NCBI GenBank assembly: GCA_964016885.1
Contig: CAXHJY010001528.1
Location: forward strand, 62,001-126,000
Source: Eledone cirrhosa
Lineage: Eukaryota
Direction of reading: 5' to 3'
Length of the DNA stretch: 64,000 nt
Below are positions 43,078 through 55,564 of the stretch, piece after piece. The notes beneath the pieces were generated by a model. It saw only the letters and a program-made list of their open reading frames with translations. It made no database searches and had not been told where the DNA came from. Each line of letters opens with the position of its first letter. Within the stretch, counting starts at the first letter, position 1. A program made the translations under genes and the position numbers.

Positions 43078-43134
43078 TATGGTGAACTAACTGTTGTGTA
43101 ACAACTTCTATATATATATATATATGCATATATC

Positions 43135-43199
<65 letters not shown>

Positions 43200-43438
43200 A
43201 TATATATATATATATTTATATAAGTGTGTGTGTATATGTGTGTTAAATACACACATACACACTAAGACATACACACACAACCGTTTGTAAAAGGTAAGTT
43301 ATAACTTCAATGAAGCCAGTTCCAGAAGCCATAACACACACCTAACATGTCATTTAAGTTGTTAGTTTTTAACACCTCTACATCCTCTCCTTCTCCTCTC
43401 TCTCTTCTTCACCACCACCACCACATCCCTCCTTCACC

Positions 43439-43471
<33 letters not shown>

Positions 43472-44348
43472 TGCTATTACCACCACCACTAACAACAACA
43501 ACGTCACCACTTCAACCACCCATCACCACCACCACTACTACCATCACACCTCCACCACCCATCACCACAACCACCACCACCACCATCACACATCCACCAC
43601 TCATCACCACCACCATCACCATCGTCGCCACCCATCACCACCACCCATGATCATCACCACCCATCACCACCACCACCACCACCCATCATCATCACCATCA
43701 CCATCACCACCACCACCCATCATCACTACTACTACCACCACCACCACCACCACCACCCATCACCACCGGCACCTATCTCCACCACCACCATCACCACCAC
43801 CATCACCACCGTCGCCACCCATCACCACCACCATCACCACCACCCATCACCACCACCCATCATCACCCATCACCACTACCATTACCACTACCACCACCAC
43901 CACCACCACCACCACCACCACCCATGACCACCACCACCACCACCACCCATCACCATCACCATCACCATCACCACCACCACCACCCATCATCACAATCACC
44001 ACCACCACCACCACCCATCACCACCGGCACCTATCTCCACCACCACCATCACCACCACCACCAATAATATTTACAATATACGTGTCTGTACACACAGATA
44101 CATACACACACACACACACACACACATACATACACACAAACACACATACATATACATATGCATACACATACACACATATATATATATATATATATATACA
44201 TACACATATACATACGTTACAGAAAGCCCACCTGCAACATCCTGTGGAAAGCAGGCGTCGACTTGAGCTATTATTTAACATCTTGGATCTTTCTCGTACA
44301 TGGCATTCTATGGATATAGGCAGACGGACAGATGAGAGATAGATAGGG

Positions 44349-44414
<66 letters not shown>

Positions 44415-44576
44415 GGCACAAAAGAAGAGGACAAATACAAGGGGGGGTACATAAAGGAACGAGTAAAAAACAAATAACAAATATAAAATTAACAATACAG
44501 TCCTCAATAGAGAGGAGGCGTTTTGGGGGTTACACACACCCCCTAAAAAGTGTGCAACCCTTTTCCTTAGGAGCAC

Positions 44577-44612
<36 letters not shown>

Positions 44613-44615
<3 letters not shown>

Positions 44616-45565
44616 GATTTCTTTATTAGCCACAAGTGCACAAAAGAAGGGGACAAATACAAATGGGGAGTTTACATACAGGTATATGAAAATAAAACTA
44701 TTAATAAAATAACAAATAACAATTGAAATCCACAATAGGGGGGAGGCGTTACACAGGGGTTGTACACACCCCGAAAAAATGTACAACCCTCATCTCCAGG
44801 AGCACCAAGAGTGAGTACTCCCTTCCTCTTTTCCCTCAACCTACAAGCTTATATAGAGAGAAGGCCCAACCATCGGGCCATCTTTGTCACATTCACCCAC
44901 CTTTTATAAAAGTTGCTGAGATACAGCACCTCTCTCTCCATCCTGATTCTTCTTCCAAAATGATATTTGAAAAAACGAATCAGTTACTCGCCGGAGAGAA
45001 AGGTGTCTGACCTCAGCCCTTTTAACCTCGTCCACCATATAACCTCTTTCACCATAACCGTAACACATAGGAAAACCGCCTCTCCCTCGTTTTTGAAGGA
45101 GCGTGGCGGTTTGATCATGACAATGGACTCGGTGGTCAACTGGATTGGTCCCACCCGCGACAATAGTCGTTCTACATAGCCCCACAGGTCGGTAACGCCT
45201 GGGCAGTGTACAAATGCGTGCGCGACGGTTTCCTCGTCGCGCACGCATCTCGGAAAGATCTTTTCCGAAGGGTCCCTACCCGGGCGCCCGTGTCTGTAGA
45301 GCTTGTCTCGAACTGGTAGAGCTCCTTGGTAGCACTGCCAGGCCAGGGACTTTTGGAAGTTGTCCATTGGTCCCGGGCGGGAGGTCCTACCGAACAGACT
45401 GGCCAGTTCGTCCTCCTCTACGCCTAGAGTTTCTCCGAGCGCGTCGTCGCACTTGCTGCGGACCAACCCTCTATAGAATGTCGAAGTGGAGTCTCCACTG
45501 ATCACCGAGTCCGTTTGCCAGAGGACTGTGAGCGCCTGAGCACATTCGATGTGCCAGTCGCCCTC
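44613..45565 (-). mobile_element. 5'-truncated L1/Tx1-clade LINE: C-terminal zinc-binding region plus 3' UTR ending in (TATC)n
   Basis: ORF 44984-45505 has W...GALPVRDKL...RC...EETVAHAFVHCP, a zf-RVT-like motif. AATAAAGAAAT precedes the microsatellite tail. Confidence 0.8.
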
Positions 45566-45664
45566 GACCTCGTAAGGATGTAAGGCAAAGTTAACCTTGG
45601 CTGGATTTGAACTCAGACCGATCCTTCCTCTTATTACCCTTTACTTTCTATTTATCTTCTATTT

Positions 45665-45794
45665 CTAACTCTATCTTCGAACGGATGAAGGACTTGTGTC
45701 CGAAACGTTAAGACTATCTTCCTGCTATTTCAAGCGTTAAACTAATATATTTCTTCCATGTACCGTGCCGTTTGTTTTGTTATTTCTGTTTACC

Positions 45795-45800
<6 letters not shown>
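45665..45800 (+). mobile_element. PLE-like terminal fragment, family D, hammerhead core mutated
   Basis: CGGATGA-A-GGAC-TTGT-GTCC-GAAAC-GTT-AAGA, followed by the shared tail ctatttcaagcgttaa.ctaatatat running into (CA)n. Confidence 0.55.
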
Positions 45801-45854
<54 letters not shown>

Positions 45855-46002
45855 GTATATATGATGATGATGAGGAGGAGGAGGAGGGGTGGGGGGGGGA
45901 TTATCACCCCTATCACCATCATCATCATCATCATCATCGTTATCTGCGTTATTATGACGGGCGTGGTAGTATGCTTGGTGTCAATGTGTACTATAGTCAT
46001 TT

Positions 46003-46069
<67 letters not shown>

Positions 46070-46540
46070 CCCACATGTCTATAAACCTATCCATATGAAT
46101 GAATGTGGGTATGTAATTATGCTTACGCGCATTATGTTTGTATGTACCATACATACATATATATATATATATACATATATGTATGTATATATGCATGTAT
46201 GCATGCTGTATGTATGTATGTATGCATGTGTGTGTGTATGAATGAATGTATGCATGTGCCTGTATGTATGTATGCATGTATGCATGTATGTATGCATGTA
46301 TATGTGTATGTGAGTATGCATGTGTGTGCATGTATGCATATTTGTATATATGCATGTATGTATGTATACATGTATGTATGCATGTATGTATGTATCTATG
46401 AATCTGATACGTCAACATACACACATCTGTATAAATAGAAGTTAATATGCATACGTTTGATATTTTTTTCCCTTCTAAGCAAATCTTTCTGTTTGCACTT
46501 GTATATTCATATATATATATATATATGTATATGTGTGAGC

Positions 46541-46629
<89 letters not shown>

Positions 46630-46974
46630 TCTGCGTCCATGCATCCGTCTTCTCCAGATGACGGACATATAGAGATATTTCCCCTCGTCAGCTGTCTACT
46701 GAATATTTTTGTGATTTCGGGTGCTAAGGACTTACTACTCTCCCCAGTACATAGATAGTCACTAAATATGTCGACACGTGAGAGAAATCCCCTAATATAT
46801 ATATATATATATTTATATATTTGATTTGCTAAGCTGTCTAAACGTATTGTTATTACTCTGGGGTACTTTTCCCCATCCGAGTGCTAAAGCTACAGACCGA
46901 ATTTGCATTCGTTAGCTTGGCCGCGAACTAAAGCTTCGTTAATGCTGTACTAAAATTTGTATATATATATATAT

Positions 46975-47330
46975 AGGGCGGGTAAAATTCCCGAGATCCA
47001 TGGACGAGTGCTCTCCAGCGGTCTCTGTCCCTCATCGTCGCTGCCATGTCCTGCGTCTCCAAGAGACCAGTGTCTGTCCTTAGGGCATCAACATATATCA
47101 ACCTCGGTCTCCCTCTTCTAGTGTGTCCATGCAGGAGCTCCCACAGGAGCACTGAGTGCAGTGTCAACTCTGGATGTCGGTGAGCATGTCCAGCTAACCT
47201 CAGTCTCCTCTGTGCTAGTCTCGGGCTGTCTTTTGGGAGGCTCCCGTACAGCTCTGAGTTCTTCACCCTCAGTGTATACTGATTAATGTTCAGAGCCATC
47301 CGCAGCATTCTCGTGTAGCACCCACCCAAT
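46975..47330 (-). mobile_element. RTE-clade LINE 3' fragment in (TA)n
   Basis: GCYTRMLRMALNI...RRLRLAGH..RHPE...RRGRPR..Y.D.L..D...M.DRDRWR is a typical RTE ORF C-terminus. Confidence 0.85.
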
Positions 47331-47335
47331 ATATC

Positions 47336-47370
<35 letters not shown>

Positions 47371-47399
47371 TTGTGTCTTTTCTTTGTCAGTTATCCCAT

Positions 47400-47585
47400 A
47401 ATAATTGTTTCTACTTTTGGCACAAGGCCAGCTATTACCCCAGTGTATTACTGGTACTTTATTTTATCGACCCCGTAAGGATGAAAGGCAAAGTTAACCT
47501 CGGCGGGATTTGAACTCAGAATGGCAAGAGCCGTAACTAAATGCGTCAAAACATGGCGTCCGACCCTCTACCGATACTGCCAATA
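47400..47585 (-). mobile_element. Meta-like SINE copy
   Basis: Reverse complement of the same consensus. Confidence 0.85.
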
Positions 47586-49453
47586 GGATTACTGACAAAG
47601 AGAAATATATATATGTCAACGTCATCATTTTTCCGTTTTCCATGCTAGAATCCATGTATGTATGCTTACATACATGCATACATGTATGTGTCCATATATA
47701 CACGCATACATGTATATATGCACGTGCAAATAAAAGTGTGCATGTTAGTATGCATGCATTAATGCATGTATGTACGTTTCTATATTTATCTGCTTGTATG
47801 CCAATACACATATATGTATGTATGCATACTTGCCTATTTGAATATATGTATGCATGCATGCGTATATGTAAGTATGTATGTATGCATGCCTGTATGCATT
47901 TATGGTCGGGTCGTTGGCGACTAAACTGGCAACCCCACCAAGGTTTCTTGGTGTGGAGGGTGACTTTGGACATCCTGCAGGACTAAAAACAAAACCTGTC
48001 AAAGGGCAAAGGAGCTCACTATAAAAGCTTCACGGCACAGGCATTGCTTTATATCTGGAGATCTCTCTGCACTTGTCGTCACATGGTACCATGGGCCCAG
48101 CACTATGTGTCAATAATTGTCACAAGTGTAGTGTTTGTACCAGAGTTTTCAAGTCGCTGGCTGGACTAAAAAGTCACACTTGTTCAGCGCATCGGTAGGG
48201 GTTCTCCTACATGGATATAAAGTAGTGGCCGTACTCGAAAATGAGTTGGCAGCCACCATGCATTTATGTATGTATGCACGCCTACCTATATGCATATAGG
48301 TATGCATATATGCATACCTATATGCATGCAATGTAGGAATGTGTATGTCTGCAGACATGCATATGCATATATATTCATAAATTCATATATGCATGCCACA
48401 ATCATTAGTTTCTCCTCTTATCCTTCTTGGGTGTTATTTGAGTTGAATTTGACTGCTATTTCTAGCAGGTCGTGTTACTATGTATAGGTCCTCCCGTTTG
48501 TTGTAGACAGAAAGTATCGGTATGAATATATATATATACATAAGCATCGTAGGGTGTACGTTCCTACAGGTATATAATTGTATGTGTATATGGGTCTATA
48601 TGTGTCTATATGTGTATGTATGTTTATGTACGTGTGCGTGTGCACGTGAATGTGTGTGTGTCTGTCTGTTTGTGTTTATGTGTGTATGTCTATGTGTGTG
48701 TGTTTTTGTGTCTGTATCTGATAGTATGTGTGTCTGTCTGTGTCTGTCTATATGCGTGTACAGGGTGCCTGTAAATTAGAACCCGTTCCTTGGTAGTCAA
48801 GTCCTGTGAAACAGGTGCCAGACCTATGTATATGACACCTTATGTTTCTATACTCCGATCAGTGCTGACGTCAGCTCCCCCACAACAACAACAACACCAA
48901 CAACATCATCATCAAAAACAACAACATAAAAATAAGATAAAAAAACAACAACAACACAAGCAAAGAAAATCAAAAAACACCCCCAAAACAAGAACAAAAC
49001 CTCAAAAATCAAAACCCTACCCCAGATGATACTTCCTGGCTAAGAACAGTTTGTTGATATATCAAGCTCCTTTCCTCCCGAAATCCCTACCTACCTATCT
49101 ACCTACCTACCAGCCAGCCAAACAAACCATGCCTACCCTAGTCCCCTTTCTCTAGTCATGTTTCATAGCTTCCCTCTACGTTTCAGCTTCTTCACAGCCC
49201 CCCAACCAAGCCCCTTGTCATCTCCTAAGGGCTCACCTGACTCACTCAATTTTCGTTCATTTGTTAACTTCCTTGTCCCCCGCCACCACCTCATCCCACT
49301 CCCTCCGCTCCCCCCTCTTCCACCCTCTCTTTCTCTTCTCTCCCTCTCTCTCGCTCTCTCTCTTTTTCTCTTTCTTAGTTTTCTCTTTCATCAATTATAT
49401 ATATATGTGTTAGTGTGTGTGTGTGTGTATGTATATATATATATATAACTTTA

Positions 49454-49485
<32 letters not shown>

Positions 49486-49574
49486 ATGTATATATATATA
49501 TAACTTTGATATATATATATATATATATGGTTGCTTAGATAGACAGATAGATACACACTCACATATGTGTGTTC

Positions 49575-49713
<139 letters not shown>

Positions 49714-49739
49714 CACACATATGTGAGTGTGTATCTATC

Positions 49740-49772
<33 letters not shown>

Positions 49773-49777
49773 ATATG

Positions 49778-49834
<57 letters not shown>

Positions 49835-50021
49835 GTATGTATGTGGTTGTTTACCTACTCCTTTACTTCCCTCTCTTCCTTCTACCTATTTTTCGGGTAG
49901 TATGGGGTGGGTGGAGTAGTTCTTTCTTACTCTTCTCTCTGCCTCTCTCTTTCTTTCTCTCTTTTTCTATTTCCCCCAAGTTAAAAAGGCTATCTTTTAC
50001 AACATCCTTCCTTGTTGGTGT

Positions 50022-50065
<44 letters not shown>

Positions 50066-50071
50066 TCACAT

Positions 50072-50102
<31 letters not shown>

Positions 50103-50142
50103 CTTATATATATATACACATCTATATGTGTGTGTATGTGAG

Positions 50143-50192
<50 letters not shown>

Positions 50193-50543
50193 CATATATA
50201 TATATGTTAAGTCATTTACCCTCCATTCTCTCTTCATCCCATATGTAAATAAAAACCTCCTCCCCTTCCTCTTCTATTACACCCGCCCATTTCACTACCT
50301 CCTCCTCCCTCTTGTTCTCTCTTTTAATCTCTTTATCTATTTCACTCTCTCTCTCTCTCCCTCTCCCTCTCACACACACACACTGTATCATTCACTCCCC
50401 CTCCTCTCTCTCTCTCTTCTACCCATTTCCCATTCACCTTCCCTCATAAAAGAGATTATTTCTCACATTGAAAGAATCAAGGCCTCAGATTTATTAGGAA
50501 CTTGGATACGTAGTGAAGTGTTGTGAGGTGAGGTGTGACGCCC

Positions 50544-50621
50544 CTGATGAGCAGATTGGACTGGAGTCAGGTATATGGCATTCACATGGATACTGAGCCA
50601 CCCATCTGTGAAACGGTCGTA
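50544..50621 (+). ncRNA. Hammerhead-like motif with extended stem II inside a PLE-like terminus
   Basis: CTGATGA, then GCAGAT...ATCTGT (stem II), then GAAAC-GGTC-GTA. Stem I does not close well. Confidence 0.4.
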
Positions 50622-50855
50622 ACCGTGCATAATCAATAAAGACGCTAATGTGAAAGCTCGTTTTGTTCTTAATATATACACTCTGCCATGGCATAGAGTG
50701 CTGATTTTGATACCTTCCTCAGTAAACCACGAATCTACTAAACCACTTCGAGGTTAACTTTGCCTTTCATCCTTACGGGGTCGATAAAATAAAGTACCAG
50801 TAATTGCTGGTCTTGTGCCAAAAGTAGAAACAATTATATGTACTATACTTTGACA

Positions 50856-51150
50856 CTAAACTCCACCAGTTGCAGACTGCGCATCAACATGAGATATTTT
50901 TCTCCACAGAGTTCGGTCACCAGCAACAGAGTTTAAAGAGCAAAGATCAAGTCCAGTCCATAGGTTGACATTATCAAGCCATCGTTTTGGCTGCCGGCCT
51001 TTGTTTCTCTTACCAGCCAAACTTCCTTCCAGGCATAACCTACTCACACCACGAGTTGATCCTTTTATATGACCGTATAGTTTGAGTACTCTTGACTTGA
51101 CAATTGATGTAATTGGTCTAAGTCTGGTAATGTTGAACATCTCACGTGAA
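50856..51150 (-). mobile_element. RTE-clade LINE 3' fragment
   Basis: SRVLKLYGHIK...LEGSLAGKRNKGRQPKRWLDNV..W...DRTLWR. Confidence 0.8.
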
Positions 51151-52144
51151 TCCAACTCTCTAGCCACTAAGCAACGCGCCTGATATATAGTAAACCCTTA
51201 ACTAACCAAGATGTTCAACATTAGGTCACCGACTCAGTGGTTCAAGAGTTTTTATCCCTCAACTTCCCAGTGGTCGCCATTTTCTCTATATATAAAAGTT
51301 GAACCAAAGAAACCAGTCAGAAAATATTGTAAGATGTTGTATTCAAAGGAATTGAGTTGCTGTGGTTGAAACATTAATACGTGCAACGCTGTATTAACCA
51401 TTAAGGGTAAAGACTCTCTTCGGTTACGAATGACCATGAGATTTTCACCTAGAATGTTCCCCTCAGAAGCATAAGTCCGAGCATGGTGTTGTGTCTAAGA
51501 CTAACAATTACCTTTACATACTGGTTTCCTCTCTCCATGTCACCGATGTTGTCCAAGGGAAAGGTAAAGGTCAATACAGCTTGGTACCAGAGACGTCACA
51601 ACTCATTTTTACAGCTGAATGAACTGGAGCAAGCGTGAAATAAAGTGTCTTGCTCAAAGACACAACGCCCTGCCCGGACCGGGAATCGAACTCACTACCT
51701 GACGATTGTAATCCCCATGCTCTGGCCACTATACCATGCTCCTTTACTCAGTGGTGTATAAATCATTCAGAAAAATGATTACGTAAAGAGGGGTCCCATA
51801 CAGACATTTGTCCAGTAGCAAATTTATTATGGGCCATAGTGCAGTGTCACAGCTGAACCAGAGCCTGTGAAAATGGGGGTCTCATAATCTTTTCGGTACT
51901 TAGGGCCTCTAAAGGTCTTAATTCGGCCCTGAATACGTGGTGACTCTGTTACGACCTGTGCTATATAGTGAAGAAAAAAATGATAGAAGCATCAGCAAAA
52001 ACAAAACAACAACAACAACAACAACAACAATAAGATTCCAACCTATATAGAGTATAAGTGTTAGATGTTGGTGAATATAGCAACTAAACAAACAACAATA
52101 ACATCAGTAATAGCAGTAACAACAATATCAACAATAACATTGCA

Positions 52145-52199
<55 letters not shown>

Positions 52200-52204
52200 C
52201 ATAT

Positions 52205-52319
<115 letters not shown>

Positions 52320-53354
52320 AAGTTAAACGTTGTTAAATATGGCGGTACTAAAGTTGTGTATGACGTCCTGTCAAATAACTTCCGGTTGTCCAAATACTTT
52401 AAAGTTTCTTTCTCTCAGTTACGAATAAAACTCATTTCCTTACATTAACATTGTTTCTGTTAACTCCCTCCCAATACCTCCACCACCTCCACCACCATTA
52501 CCACTGCTACCACCATCACCACCATATATATATATATATTCCATTCTTTTTGACGTTAAGAGTTTTCATTCATTTTAACTATACTGTGACATATTACACA
52601 CACTTATCCCCCCCCTCTCTCTTTCTCTCTCTTTCAGTCTCTCTACGGAGGCTACAAAGAGAGCCTTTTCCTCCAAACCAAACCACAAATAAAAAAAAGA
52701 AAAGAAAGAAACCCTACGTTGGCAACTCGAGGCGTAACTGGAGAAAATAATACTTATGGCAAGCAGTGAAATTACTCTCCTTGGTCAAACATCTGTCACC
52801 CATCTTTCAAATAACCATAAAATCAGCTCAAAAATACCAGTCACGTATGGGCTTAATAATTCATATAAATGGTTTACTGATCCAGCCGCAATAGTGCTTC
52901 TCACCAAGGACCTTGTTTCAAGGGGGGTACTAGGTGGACAAGCCCCCCCCCCCCCCCCCCACACACACTTTTTCAGGAACGGGGACAAACCATCTTTTGT
53001 TTTTTTGCTATATTTGATATAATAAATTCTATTTAAACTTATTTTGTTATATCTTATTTTGTTATATTTGAATATATAAAATTTAATTAGCATAAAATGT
53101 TACTCATGTGATAGGGTCCGGGAAAGGCACCATAAGCAATACTAACATGCTCCTTTAAGAATCAACAAATGTTGGTTTGTCCCCCCCTCACATTTTTAAG
53201 GCAAACGAGGCCCCTGCTTCTCACCCATGATAGCTTATCTGACTTCAATAGAAAATGCTCCTAGTCCATGCTTGCCATGCCTTAGTTACACCTATGTTAA
53301 CAACAGCTAGTTCATATAAGATATCATAGAAGTATTTTTAATAAGTTCCATTAC

Positions 53355-53550
53355 CAGCCCTGCCAACCTCTAAAAACCCAAAACGGTGAGTATCATGAAA
53401 AAAGTGCCCCAAAATGGGGAGAAATGAGGCAAAATGGGGAGATTTTTACATAAAGAAAGCTAAACCCATTTTCACAAGAGAAGACATCTCCCACCCACTC
53501 CAAAGTGGGTGGAAGATCTCCCCGTCGGACGAGGAGAGTTGACAGGTCTG
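53355..53550. mobile_element. MITE with CAG...CTG termini and a 5-bp target-site duplication
   Basis: TIR cagccctgccaac versus cagacctgtcaac. ATTAC immediately on both sides. Confidence 0.65.
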
Positions 53551-53971
53551 ATTACTGTGAGGAATAGTAAATCTAGCATTACGACCTCTTTCTCTCCTTT
53601 AATGAATGAGATTCCCTCCAGACGGTGCTCCAACATGGCCGCAGTCTAATGACTGAAACCAATAAAGGAATAAAAGATTGGGTTATTAGAATATGTCAAC
53701 ACAGTTAAATTATATGGGATATTATAATGGAGGTAAGATTTGAACTAACAAAACAGTCATGAATTTATAGTATTCCTCCTCACGGTCCTGTTATTGTTGC
53801 TTTTGTTGTTATATATAAGACCACCTTACAAATGAGAGCTGACACACATATGTGTATATATATATATACATTATATATTATATATATGTATATTATTTTA
53901 TATATGTATATTATATACATATATATATATGTGTGTTATTATATATATATACGTACATATATATATATATA

Positions 53972-54202
53972 TTTCGTTTCTGAATTTGTTTAGCAAGATT
54001 CTTTATCTGAAATCGTGTGTTGAAACCGATATTGTTATACTTTGGGAGGGTCATGTTGCCAATAAGAAACACACGCACCAGTTGCTTTCACTTCAATTTA
54101 TTATAATAAATTTATAAATTTATTATAAATTTATTATAATATATTGAAGTGAAACAACTGGTGCGTGTGTTTCTTATTGGCAACATGACCCTCCCAAAGT
54201 AT

Positions 54203-54209
<7 letters not shown>
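53972..54209. mobile_element. Fold-back insert in (TA)n; a fragment of the same family lies near 20590-20660
   Basis: Inverted arms of ~75 bp (atattgttatactttgggagggtcatgttgccaataagaaacacacgcaccagttg and its complement). Confidence 0.55.
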
Positions 54210-54255
<46 letters not shown>

Positions 54256-54258
<3 letters not shown>

Positions 54259-54433
54259 CAAAGGAATTGTGGTAAGGAACCGGATGGACCATAACGCACC
54301 AGAGTACTCAATACTTAGGGTAGTAGAGTGGGAAATAGGAAAAAGAATGACCCCGACGACAGAGCTCAAGCCGTTTCGACGGAATAGCCGTCGAAACGGC
54401 TTGAGCTCTGCCGTCGGGGTCATACTTTTTCCT

Positions 54434-54434
<1 letters not shown>
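54256..54434 (-). mobile_element. Fold-back insert, family A
   Basis: Nearly identical to the reverse complement of 3401-3605 but with a shorter apex. TA flanks. Confidence 0.7.
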
Positions 54435-54476
<42 letters not shown>

Positions 54477-55466
54477 TACACTCTGAGGGGTGTATTTCAT
54501 ACATACACGCACACGCATACACGTAATACACACGCACACACTTAAGCTTTGAGCCCCCTTTCTAGTATTTCCGGTAACAGTCGATGGCACGTGAGGGCGG
54601 AACCATCTTACAAACGAGAGCTGACACGCCATGTGATGCTAGATGTTGTTGTTTAGCCCCAGGGCAGACTTAATCAAGTACTTTGATCAAAGATATCCAT
54701 GACAACACTGATTTTTAAAAAGTGTTTATCTAGGACTACATTCCTTTTTTCTTTATTTGATAGTATGGTTTGATTTGAGAGAAATCTGGTTCCTATTTCT
54801 AGCTGGTTGGGTGACCATGTAGAGGCCCCAGCCTCTTTACTGTTAAGGTGCAACTAGTTCATTGAATTGCAGACGAAGAACACTGCGGAATAAAAGGGAT
54901 TAAAAGATACACACATTTCAATTTTGTAAAATATCAAATTTCTCTAAATTATCTCCCTTATATACTCAATATTTTTTGTTTGTTTACTTTTTGTTTCCCG
55001 TCCGAGTTATGTCCCTTTTAGAATGAATGATAGTCATATGGTCAGTTGTTTAACGAGTGTGTGTCCGTGAAACATGTACGGATACACCATATCCGAACAC
55101 AAAAGAACCAAACTCACGCTCTACCCATCTCTCACTATTATGTTTATTTTATTATATTTTGTTTTTCCTTCCTCAGAAAATATACCGCATTATATATATA
55201 TATATTTCCTTGGAGTCATTAATAAATAAATGAATTTTTAAAAAAATACTGACTCTAGCTTTTCGAAAAAGTACATAAGGCATTAAAAAGTAAATGCTAA
55301 ATTAAACCGCATTCTAATTCAAATTCTAATAAGAAAATTATTAAAATCGTAAAAAACTCCTACATTTTTTTTTATTAGTTTGTTATGACTGAAAGTTAAA
55401 GAAAACATCTTACTGAAGACAATATAATGTTGTGAAATATTCATAAATACATAAGGTTTTATGATT

Positions 55467-55564
<98 letters not shown>

